Shown: positions 45,715 through 56,896 of the stretch, one piece after another
How the letters are laid out: each line of letters opens with the position of its first letter
How positions within the stretch are numbered: position 1 is the first letter of the stretch
DNA from: Euglena gracilis
Lineage: Eukaryota
Reading direction: 5' to 3'
DNA: 64,000 nucleotides
Assembly (NCBI GenBank): GCA_039621445.1
Contig: CP154954.1
Span: 14,805,667-14,869,666, forward strand
The notes under the pieces: generated by a model
Database searches by the model: none
Told to the model about the DNA's origin: nothing
The model's input: the letters and a program-made list of their open reading frames with translations, nothing else
Made by a program: the position numbers and the translations under genes

Positions 45715-48310
45715 GGATGCCCACCCCGTCCCGCACACAGCGGGCAGGTCCGAAGACCTGGGCGGTTTCGGAACCAGCCGGGCCATCCTTCTCAATCCAC
45801 CGAAGCCCGGCCAGTGGTGGGTGACTGCCTTGGTTCTGGGCATGCTCTGTGGGTGGGCTAGTCATGGACCGAAAGGGATGGCGACCCCGGGCCACCCACA
45901 GGTGAGTCACGTCCCCTTGGGCACCCTGGAGAGCAACTCCGCAGTCACATGGCCCTCGAGTGTGCCCCACACCCGCGGAACGGCCCGTGTGCTCCAGTTG
46001 CCAAGGGGCTTGGGGCCATGGTATGTCCCACTTCGCTTGCTGCTCTGCGGACAGGGTTGGTGGGGCACAGGCTGCCGTCCGCCTGAACATGGTTCGGTCT
46101 TGTTCCGGGAGTGGCGTGAGTGGTTGAGGCCCTTGGGGGGGGGGGCATGGTGGTGGTGCCTGGAACCAGGGTTGTCAGCCTCCCCAATTCTGGAACTTTC
46201 GTGCCAGTCATGTGTGTGGCGCTCGAGATCCGTGGGGCGCTCAGCATTATGGGCTGCGGCGGCTTCTTGCCATTCTTGGATGATGCTTCGTTGCTGGGGG
46301 CCGCATGAGGCCCAGATTTTGTTGTGCAGGTCTGGGTCCCATGACTCGCAGATGGCCCTTCCTCGTCCGGTTTTTTCATAGTCCGTCAAACCCGCTTTCC
46401 ACCCCTCGTATTTGATGCACAGATTCACAGATCAGATTGCATAAACCCCGCCACGGTGTGGTTCGGTCTATGGCTTGTGACGTCCCCCGTGCTGTTCTCA
46501 GGCCCGCCTGGGTTCACCGAGGGTGAGATCCTTGGCGGTGTCACCCCCAGTTCAATGCACAGCGTAAATTCCGCCACATGTCATACGATGTCCGTGGGTG
46601 TAGAGGCGGAATGTGATGCACAAGACAGTTGTGCCCATGCTTCGAGCTCGGGTGCACATTCCTACAGCATGGAATCACAACGCCAATGTAGAGAATGGTA
46701 TTTCCTCACCCCAAGTTTAATGTTCAATCAGCCCAATGGGACAAAAGACTCTGCAAGGGGCAGCACAAATGCCCATCAAAAGCCATGCGGTTCTTTTAAG
46801 CAAGCAGCATGTGGCCGTCGTTTGGGCTCGAAATGCATGGGCATACTCTTGCGTTGACGACCCACTCTTCCACCAGCAATTTGACACAAGGAGCCATTCC
46901 ACATGTCCTCCTTGGATCATTCATAGAAAAAACTCGTCATGAAACACCCAAACCATACTTTGAATCCTACTAAGTTCAAAAATTGCCAAAAAAATGGCCA
47001 AAAACATCCCAAAATGCAAAAAAAAAATGCAACTTTATGATTTTTTTTCATTTTTTTTGTCAAGGAAAATTTTGGCAAAAATGACCCAAAACTTGCCAAA
47101 AATGATTGAAAATGCGCGTTGAAAAAAATTTTCCAGAGCAAAACCTTGTTGGCATTTTTTTTTAAAAAAAACCATTGTTTTAATAATAAAAAAATAAAAA
47201 AACAGCGTCCAAAAAAACAAGCTGCCAACTATGTTTGAAGGATTTCCTGTTTTAATGTTGGATGTCTTGTATCATGATTGATTGCCGTGTGTTGTCTGAC
47301 GTTATGGGAAAGCCATTGACTACATCCTCACAATTTCGTTATGTATATGGTCCTGCATCCCCGAACATTCTCAAATACAGTAGGCAGTGCCGCTGGTCAG
47401 TGGATTCAGTTCGCCCCACCGTTATGTGAGAATCCAAGGTGTTAGGTATTAGGGCACTGCACATAATTAGGGCATTGTGCACTCGCTGGCCCAAATGGTG
47501 TGGGCCAGCGTTTTGCTTCTGATGCTTGGGGCGTCCCCCTCTTTTTGGATGTTGCATGGAGACTCGCCCGGGCTCTCCGAGGTCGGGATTCTTAGCAGCC
47601 TCACCCCCGGGTCAAGCCATTGCTGCTTACAGGTTGGGCACACCTCACCTCTGGGGCGCCCCCCTCTCCATGCCCCGGCCAGTGGACGGATTAGGGCACT
47701 CCCATTTGCGCCGCTTGCGATGGCGCACGCGTGACTCCCGGTCGATGATCACCGTGTCCAGGACTCGGGGTTGGGAGGTATGGGAGGCGGCGGTGGGGCA
47801 AGGCGGCGGTGTCATCTCGACCAGCAGGTCGTCGATGCCCCCAGGAAAGGGTGTCGGGTGGCTGAAGACAGCGAGGAAAGCTCCACGGGAGAGGGCATGT
47901 GGAGGGCTGTGGCCCATGGAGCTGGGGGCGTGCGATTGGGGCCAGAGCGGAGCCATTTCCTTGGAGAACCAGCTGCGGAGCTCACGAACGCGAAAGTGGG
48001 TGACATTCCATCGCTGGAAGAGGAAGCGGCTCCACACGGACTGCACAAGGCGGCGTGAATACCCCCGCCGCCAGATCGCATTACGGAGGACGTTGGCCAC
48101 GGACTGCTTAAAATACCCCATGTGGCTGCAGGCCATCCGGGCGAACTCCAGGCGACCCATGATGACCCCGCCCAGCTGCTCGGTGGGAGCTGCTCGGCGT
48201 CGGTGGCCAGGGGGCAGCGGACGATGTGGTCGGGGTACTCCTCCTCGCGGTTGTGGATGGTGGTGTGCACCACCCGCTCCCCTTTTGTATGGCATTGTAT
48301 ATACATCCTT
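45715..48310 (-). mobile_element. 5'-truncated, decayed Penelope-like retroelement (RT C-terminal/thumb region at ~47985-48308) with a long 3' extension
   Basis: One frameshift joins MYIQCHTKGERVVHTTIHNREEEYPDHIVRCPLAT to APTEQLGGVIMGRLEFARMACSHMGYFKQSVANVLRNAIWRRGYSRRLVQSVWSRFL. This follows the pattern I recall for PLE RT C-termini (T-x-x-[Y/H]-D-K-R...I-V-x-[F/Y]-P...S-x-x-P...G-V...L-x-R-x-x-R-x-C-S...F...L...R-G-Y...L...F). The YxDD catalytic core is absent. That the downstream portion belongs to the same element is inference. Confidence 0.68.
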
Positions 48311-51300
48311 CAGTCTTCAGTGATGTGGGCTGCTGCCTTTCGATGATGCTGCTCTTGCCGCGGTGGTGCTTGTTGCGGGTGGGGCTGGGGTGCCGATGGC
48401 CAGCACAGTACAGTGTGCCAGATAGTGCCTCTCTGGCCAGGTGCTGTCCATCGTGCCATTTTGATGCAGACTCGCTGCCCCCAACTGCAGCCGTGCCCTC
48501 TGGGCCTGGTGGTGCTGATTACTGCTTTGATCAGGCATTGGACTGGCATGGGAAACTGTGCGCGCCCATGCCAGTCCCTGCGTTCCCCTGAGCAAGGCGG
48601 CCACTGCCCCAGTGTCCAGCCCCGGAAGTGGGCGTTGGTGGCTGCACACTCTCTCTTTTGTCATGAAGGTGGTCACGCCTTTGGCATGTTTTTGTCCATG
48701 GCCGCCGTCGCCGCTGCTGGGGTCTTGGTTCACCCATCAGCCCGACCACCTTCACCCAAAATGTTGCAAAGGGTCACTTGCAAGGCAATTTATGGGGAGC
48801 TTTGAACTCACCAGGGAGGTAAGAGGCTTCACCCCATGACCCTCTCCCTCTCTCCCTCCCTCTCTTTTTTTCAATTCCTGTGAGCTCGTTTTGGACAGTC
48901 TGTACCACGCAGAATATATACCCTCACTAAATGATTTATCCCACAATGATTGTGTCTCTTATTCGAAAAATTCCCTCTCTCTCTCTATGTGTGTGCGTGC
49001 TCGCATAAATATTCATATATTTTCATTGGAAATTCAAAGGTGTTCTTAGGCAGCCCTAAATTAAAGGTTTTTTTTTCCTTGCTGCCCCACAACCATTGTT
49101 TGCTCTTTGTGTCATTTTGTTCAATATCTTTATATTTTCAACGATGGGTGGAAAAACCACACTGAGATGGGTGTGTTTGGTTTTTCATAGTTTCGATTCT
49201 ATCGTGTGTTCCGTTGACAGGGGTATATTCAACACTTGCGCCTCATCCCCCCCCCCAGGTCTCCCCCATGTCGTTCAACCAACCCCTGGTCGTTGACTGC
49301 AAAACATTGGTCATATGAAGGGGGGGGTGGCTGTTGTTACCGGCGGTGGGAAGGACTTGAGCTGCTGTCACTGTCCATTTTGCTGCAAGGTTGGCAAGAC
49401 AAATTTAGCATTTGGGGCATGTATTTCGCCTGCGGTTGTCAGTCATAGCTTCAGGATTTACTCACCTTTCCCTGGGGTCCTCTGGACAACTGGGAAATGA
49501 GGTGCTGGTTTGTTCCCCTGGAGGGGGAAATTCAATGGGGTCCAGCCCCAGCAACTGGTACCCCAAAAGCAGCCCAAATACAACTGGGTTGGCATTTTTT
49601 TTCACTAAAATTTGCAGCCGAAAACCCCAAACCCGCAAAAAAAATGCCATTTTGGGATTTTGTGGGCTATTTTTCGCCCTTTTTTCAAAAATGTTGGTAC
49701 GCCTGGCTTCACTGGGTGGTCGGTGGGCCCCCTGTGGGGTCCACAGCCCACCTGGGAGGGCTGGCTGCTGGATGGCTGGCTGGACCCCCCCGAGGGCAGG
49801 GCCCATCCGGCTTAAGAAAATCCTTGCATACACTACTCCAGTGGCATTGTTCGTTCATTCGTTTTGTTTGAGCAGTTGTAGTTGGTCCGTTTGCAAGTTT
49901 GGTGCCATTCCACTCAGCAGGACGGACAGTGAAGCGGCTTGCCAGTGATAGCCAGTCTCCGCCTTCTACCCATGCCCTTGGTGCACATGCCACGCCTCTA
50001 CCAATTGCAAGCCATTCCTTCGTTCATGATCCCTATTCTTTCAAAGGTCCCTGGTTTAATGCGAAGAGAATCCTTCGTTTTCTTTTCAGAGGAGTCTTGG
50101 CAAACCAGACAAAAGAATGTGAACCATGTTTGTAAAGCGGTTTTATTGTCACCCACCCACCCACCAGCCCAACGCACAGGAAAAAGTTCTTTTTTTCATT
50201 TCTTAAGTTTTTTGTGTGCACCATTCCTCTGCAAGCGGTTAGCGACTTTTTGCAGTTTTGTTTTGTTTTTTTCTCAAAAATGAATTTGAAATCATTGTGT
50301 TCAATGTGTTTTTTCAGGTTCGCTTGGAAAATTATTTTGCAAAATTTTTATCACATTGAATCCAGGGACTGCGCCAATGGACCCCGTGCCATATGCTGAC
50401 ACCTCCCAGCATCTTCCTCCCAGCCTGAGAATGGAACGCGAAGTCAAAACTCTTTGTTATCAGAAAGTTTTGTCACCAAAGATATTGCCTGAGCTAATTG
50501 ATTGAGACATAATCAAAAAAGGATTGGACCATGGACTATTTCCCCCCAAATTTGAGGTTGTACACCTTACATTAACAGCTTTGGAGCAACATTTCTGCCT
50601 CATTGTGCAACTTGTGTAACCCCCCCAAAAAAGCACCAGGAAAATTCAGTGGGAATGTGCCCTGTGTCCACAAGCCCCCCCATGGATGAGTAATTCGTTT
50701 TTGGCCCAAACCCTTTGGGGGGTCAGCAAAAAACAACAACATTGAAATGACCCGGGAAATTTTTGGTGTTTTTTGATTGTGATCAATTTGGATTTAGAGT
50801 ATTTAGGTCCAGAGTGACCAACCCCCCGGGCCTGGGGGGATTATTGACTGGTTTCTTTTTTTAAAAAAGATGACCGACTCGTCGTGGAAAGAGTCGAAGT
50901 AACAATGCCAGGGCCTTTCTTAGGTGACGTAACTTGCATTTAAGGAATTTGCCGGTGTGTGCGAATTCTCACAACGTTTTTCAAAAATCAACCACTGCAT
51001 CTGGGGAAACAAATATCTGCTTGTTTCACGCCTCTCGATACTGATAATGTATATTGCAAAAATTGGTGCCCCCACTCAGAGGTGGGGGGGGGGGGGGGGG
51101 GGGGGGGGTGAATCCAATAATAATTTCCTTGTTTCTGTGTGCATTTTTCGCTGTGAAATGTGCTTTCTATATCGGGGAACTGTTTGGGTAAAAAAAAACG
51201 GGAAAAATTCTTTGCACAAAAGGGTATGAAAGTGGCATTTTGAGTTTTATTTGAGGGGAGCGGGGGAAGGGAAGATCCAGGGGTGGGCAGCCCCTCCCCC

Positions 51301-51785
51301 GGGTAAAGCCAAAAAAATTCACATTTTAGAACCATTTTTCAGGGGGGAAAACATCGAAGAATGTGAAGTTTTTGAAAAGGGGGGATTAGTGGGGGGCAGG
51401 GGGAGAGGGGAGGTGCAGCCCCCTCCCCCCCTCAGCCAAAAAATCACTTTTGCCATTTTCAAAACAAATGGCACCCACGCGCGCGTCAGTGGGGGGTGGG
51501 GAGGGGTGAGGGAACGATGGGGGGGGGTAGGGTGGGCGGGTATGCGGGTGGTGTGGGGGGGGATGTGGGGGCAAATTGCTCGTGGGGACACTAATTTTTG
51601 CAGTATTTCCGTTTTACATCACGGAGGTATCTGCGCAATACGGGCGGAGCGGCAGATTCGCGTCTTTGTCTGTGAAACGGGTGGATTGTACACGCCGGCT
51701 GTGCGGATGTTGTAATTGCAGGTTGTCAGGTGCTGCACACAGGTTTCATGACGATGGTTTCATATGATTTGGACGATGTGATGTG

Positions 51786-52057
51786 CAGCTAGAGTATATT
51801 ATGATTGCGACATGAAAAACACACCTCCGAAATATTGTATGTTAAAATTTGGGCACATCGACCATTTGTGTGTTTTTGCAAGTAAAAAGTACACAAGTGG
51901 TCGATGTGTGCAAATGCAAACATCGACCATTTGGCAAAAATATTCAGGTAGTCGGTGTGTGCAAATGCACGAACTGACCATTTTGCACAGATCCACAAAT
52001 GGTTGGCGTATGCAAATATGCACGTGTTCAGTGTACCGCAATCCATCTCTTCAGCTG
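51786..52057. mobile_element. Small element with ACATCGACCATTTG direct and inverted repeats (copy 1 at ~13383-13680)
   Basis: Internal hairpin AAGTGGTCGATGTGTGCAAATGCAAACATCGACCATTT; ends CAGCTAGAG / CTCTTCAGCTG. Confidence 0.5.
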
Positions 52058-52609
52058 AAGTTGTGGAAAAGATCTTTTTTTTTGCCTCATAAAAAGTTAA
52101 AAGCTGCCTTTTTTTGTTTTCAGCTGGTCAAATTGTTTAAGGTTTGTGAATGGGAACAGTGTGCAATGTGCGACGAAGAACGGTTGCAAACGTCCCTCTG
52201 TTTTTTTTTTGCATTTTGACGGTTTATGTAAACCGACATGAAAACGATTGGAGGTAGGAGATAAGACATTCATTGCCCATGGAGCGGAGGCAATCGTTTT
52301 GTCACAGAACGTGACCTACCGAACAGGATGCACTGCCAGAGACCGGAATTTCTTCCCCGTGTAATCATTCAGCATCCACAATGGTTGTTCTCCAAAAAAA
52401 AAAACAAGTTCCAGAATTCAAAGTGTGCATCTATAATCTTCTGGTTACCTGGGTCTGGAGCCGGTTTCCCATTTTTTACACCGTGCTGTTTCAAATCAAA
52501 TCTCAAATATCTGTATCCAAACACCACCTTTTTGTTGCTCTTGTGGCTACATTTGTGATGATGCCAGTTTTCTATGGACCTGAAGCATGTCCCCCCCCCC
52601 AATTCTGAT

Positions 52610-53000
52610 TACCCGGTCGTAGAGGATAACGTACCAGCCTCGGTGGTGGTTGTTGACAGCCTGGTGGCTGCCAGAACGCCATAACCTGCAATCATGTAAT
52701 GTGACGGCTGCGGCCAAACGAAATCAATGGGACGAACGGCAGGGGCTTTTGAGGATTAACCATCGACCCATTGGCGCGGGTGAGCGTGAGGCGCGACGTG
52801 CTCTTGGTTAACCGCATACCAGAGGTCTTTGTCTCCATTTTCACCTGGCCCCTGAAACACCTCCTTGTAGAGCAGAGGATGTGGCAGCTGGACTCGTGCA
52901 AACCCGAAGATACCAATGCCGGTGGTGGTTGGGGCGGCATACGATGTGGTCTGTTTGAAGAAACACATCCCCATTATGGACCATTTCCCCTGCGGCCTGC
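52610..53000 (-). pseudogene. Isolated decayed exon-like fragment, unknown product (copy 1 at 14230-14600 has a 20-bp deletion)
   Basis: QTTSYAAPTTTGIGIFGFARVQLPHPLLYKEVFQGPGENGDKDLWYAVNQEHVAPHAHPRQWVDG*SSKAPAVRPIDFVWPQPSHYMIAGYGVLAA; a GC-richer, non-repetitive island preceded by ...GTGCAG. Confidence 0.35.
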
Positions 53001-53557
53001 ACACAACTTGACAAACACCCCAGACACGCCCTCTTTCCCTCTCCTAAACCCCCCATCATTTTTAAATAAGATGTTTATCACCCCTGATCCCACTATGGGT
53101 ATGAAAACCGAATTGCACAAAAAAAAGATTTTTTCCCGTTTTCATCCCCAAACAAAATAACAAAATAAATTATTTCACCCCCACACCCCCCCCCCCAATG
53201 CTCCTTCAGAAAGAAAGTTGTTTTTACCCCACAACCCGTGAGGGAAAATTATTTGTGGGGGTGTTGAAGACGTATTTTTGGGATCATTTTTTTCATTATC
53301 GTTCGCGACAATTAATTTTCCGTTACATTTTTTGATGAATAAAATACAATTCTACTGCAGCTCAATTGGCAGAGTGTCTATTTTGTGTGATTTTCAGATT
53401 ACATGAGGCACCTGGCTCCTCACTCGAGCCTCCTCGAGCCTCCTTCAGGAGACCTCCTCGGCCGGGTTCCATTTTTTTTTGGAGACCCCAAGGCAGGAAA
53501 AAACAAAAATGTCTGTCAAAATTCCGAGGAGAAGCGGAGAGAAAAACCGGGTGTTGG

Positions 53558-53592
<35 letters not shown>

Positions 53593-55890
53593 TGTGTGTG
53601 TGTGTGCGTGTGTGTGTGTGTGTGTGTGTTCCAAGCCTGCCGTGCATGCCGGGGATTTTGTGCCATCCAGAAATAAAAAACAGCTCGAAAAAAAAACAAG
53701 AAATCGGTCAAAGCAGGATTGACAGCCCCCAAAGAAGAGAATTCGCTTGGATCTGTCACACTCGTACTCCCCATCGATCCAAGTCCGCGGAGTCCTGGAA
53801 GTGCTGTCGAAGAAATCAAATTCCAGAAGTTTGTGTGCGTGTGTGTGTGTGTGTGTGTTTGCCCACACCAACCAAAAGAAGTCTATGTGCGAGTTACACC
53901 AGCCCACCACCCAAGTCAGTAAAAAATGTGTCGTCGTGGCATTTCAAGTCAGTTTGGCACCCCGCCACCCACCCACCCACTGCTGGAAAGGGCTGTTGTG
54001 TCCAATGTGGCTTTGGCCTTTAATCTTTGGCCTTTAATGGCCATTCCAGTGTCGGCCATTCCCATGTTCTCACTCCCACATCACAGCCATATAGCCACTG
54101 TGTGGGCCATGTTTGCCGCATTCTTTTTAGTTTACACCTCCTGCTACAAGTTCATATGTGCTGCTTCTCTTTTCCAGATATTTTCATTTTCATTCACCCT
54201 TTCTCAACTCACCCCATTCTCTTTTTGATTTCTGATTCTGATTCTTTATATATATTTTTTATTGAACTTGAACACCAGAAAAATGGACAACCTCAGTGAG
54301 ATGTGAAGAAACCACGACTCTTTTTGGAAGGGTATTTGGAAGGGCAACTCACATACACACATCAAAAATCTCTCTGAAATGATACGGATGAATCTGGGGT
54401 TGTTCCATTGGAACTGGTTGCTCCAGCATAGCAAGTGCGTTGCAAGTATGTTGCTGAGATAGACAGACAGGTAGGCACCCAAATAATGCGAAACACAAAG
54501 AATGAGAGGAAGGGGCAGGGTTGGAGTGTCTACCCAGGGATTTCGGGAACCTTCAAAACCCAATGTGTGATGTGTGATGGGTGGTGTGTGGAGTGGTAGA
54601 CCCCCCACCCCCCAGCCAGGCCATATTATTGGGACTGGCAGTGGGCTTGCCGGTTTTTAGATCGGAATTCCCACCAGTCTTCCCGTGCGCCCTTCCCCCC
54701 CCCCCTCTTAGGGGGCACCCACAAGACTCTTGGGGTCCCCTGCTGGAGGCGGGGTTTTGGCTATTTTTGGCACGAGGCACCGACTTTTTTTTACCCTCCA
54801 AATTACCTCCCAAAAGTGGGTCCCCAGACCTGTCTCTCCCCAGAGTGGCGGGGTGGTACCCCTTGGCTGGTACCCCTGGCTGGGGGCTGGGGGGGAACCG
54901 GGACCCCCCCCTGGTCTTTCAAGAAAAACCCTGATTTATATGCAAGAGAGAGAGGCAGATATTAGCGATTCCGGAGAGGCAGATATTGGTTGTTATGTAC
55001 ATTGCATTACATTTTGTAATTCCATTTTTGTCATCCTCTGACACGAATCAACCAAATATTCCTAGGGCATGTCATTTTGCAACTCACAGCTCCCAATTCT
55101 CCCAATATATAGTTTGCTTGTTATTCGGTTCTGAGTTAGGAACACAATATGATTTCGTCCATTTTCCATCCTTGTCTGTTGCCTGTCAACAGAACCTTTA
55201 TTTGTGCCGTTGCTGCTGCAGCAGGTCATTTTTTTTTTCCACTCAGTCCATCGCCGTGGAATACTGATGCAACTGAGTAATTGCGAAGTCCGCTGGGTGA
55301 GAGGGAGGGAGGAACGTTTGCCCTGCCCTGTTGTTGCCAGTCAGCCTTTGTCACAAACAGCCCAGACGCTGCAGAACGAGGGGGCCACACAGTAATGTTC
55401 ACCTCACGTTTCCAAACAAAGGCCATCCTGAAGCAATAATTTCCCGGATTGTCGCTGTTTTTTAATTTGAAATTAACCCAAGCGAACCAGCGCCTCTTTT
55501 CACCGTTTTTATATGCATACCTCGCACACAAAAGTACATTCATAGAACACAGGAGCAGTCGACGTGGCGATATTTGTGAATGTTGAAAGTTGATAATTGG
55601 ACAAAGGTCCCCCCTGAAATTATAATACCAGAGATTTTCAATCCAGAGGAGAGTGGAGAAGAACGGAAGTCCAGATAACTCCGTGTACCACGGTGTTTAT
55701 TTGATATATGTTCCAAGAATGAGACCGGTGAAATGGAGCAGGAGCACACCACGCTGCGGACCAGTTCCTTGGAGCCTTTTTGCTCCAAGGTTGTAGTAGA
55801 ACCTCCCCCCTCGTGATAGCTGACCTTCAACCTCAGCCACAAGACAAGGAGCCTGGCTTCTGGTTCTGTAACATATGATTCATATATAAT

Positions 55891-56896
55891 GGGGATGCCC
55901 ACCCCGCAGTGCCGGCACTGCGTGGCACTGCATGGCACCGCGTGGCACTGCGTGGCACTGCGGGCCGTTTACAGGGAGGGGCAAAATATGCACCGTGCAG
56001 TTTTTGCAGTTTTTTGCAGTTTTCACATTTTGGGTTTTTTGCAGTTTTTTGCAGTTTTTTTGCAGTTTTTCTGAAAAAAAACTACACACGTGCAGTTTTT
56101 TGCAGTTTTTTTTGATTTCAGTTTTGAGGAAACCTGAGGTGCTCATTTTTTGGTGCTCTGCGCCTTGTTACGCTGTATATATTGTTTGAAGGGTGTTTCT
56201 CAAGAAAAAGTCTCTCTCAAGAAATCTCTTCATGAGTTGTGATGTGTACAGTAATCCCGCCAGTTGTCTTGATCCAACTGTTTGCGAGATTCGTGGAGAC
56301 GCAAAGGAGCACGAGCTTTGCAGAAGATTGGGCCTTGTCCCAAGCATTTTGGCCAAATATCACACAAGCCAAATGCTTCAAAGAAGTCATCCTTATTTGC
56401 AAGAAATTCCCAGACCATTCGGCAATCCCCTAAAGACAGTATTCAAAGTTTGTGATGGTTGTTGTAGATTTTTTTTTAGTTTCGTAGATTTTTCTGCATC
56501 GTGACATGGGTGAAGTTCACCAGGTGATGGACCAAATGTTCCAAAACTGAACATCCCATTCATGAATTAAAAGCATAGAAACTTTCTGCATATGGGTATG
56601 TGCATTTTATTATGTGAACCAGCATCCAAACCAAACACATGACGTGTGTTCGACATTTCTAGCCAGATGTGGCAAATTGGCCCAAAAAGGCAAAAAGTTG
56701 CACAAAACAACCACAATTGCCCTTGATGGCCCTAAAGTTCCAATGATGCAAAAACTAGTTTTAAGGGCCCGCAGTGCCACGCAGTGTGACGCAGTGCCAC
56801 GCAGTGCCACGCAGTGCCCACGCAGTGCCACGCAGTGCCACACGCAGTGCCACACGCAGTGCCACGCAGTGCCGGCACTGCCGGGTGGGCATCCCC
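55891..56896. mobile_element. Copy 2 of the GTGGCACTGC TIR element
   Basis: Same termini and interior. Confidence 0.88.

Noticed and set aside
46340-46700. GIY-YIG nuclease or PARP-type zinc finger in the PLE extension (GGIYAVH, GVYAI..YEG, LYIG, DYEKTGRGRAIC)
   Set aside because: The motif pieces are in different frames or lack the conserved Arg/Glu or Cys/His residues. Not called as a feature; mentioned only as a weak lead.
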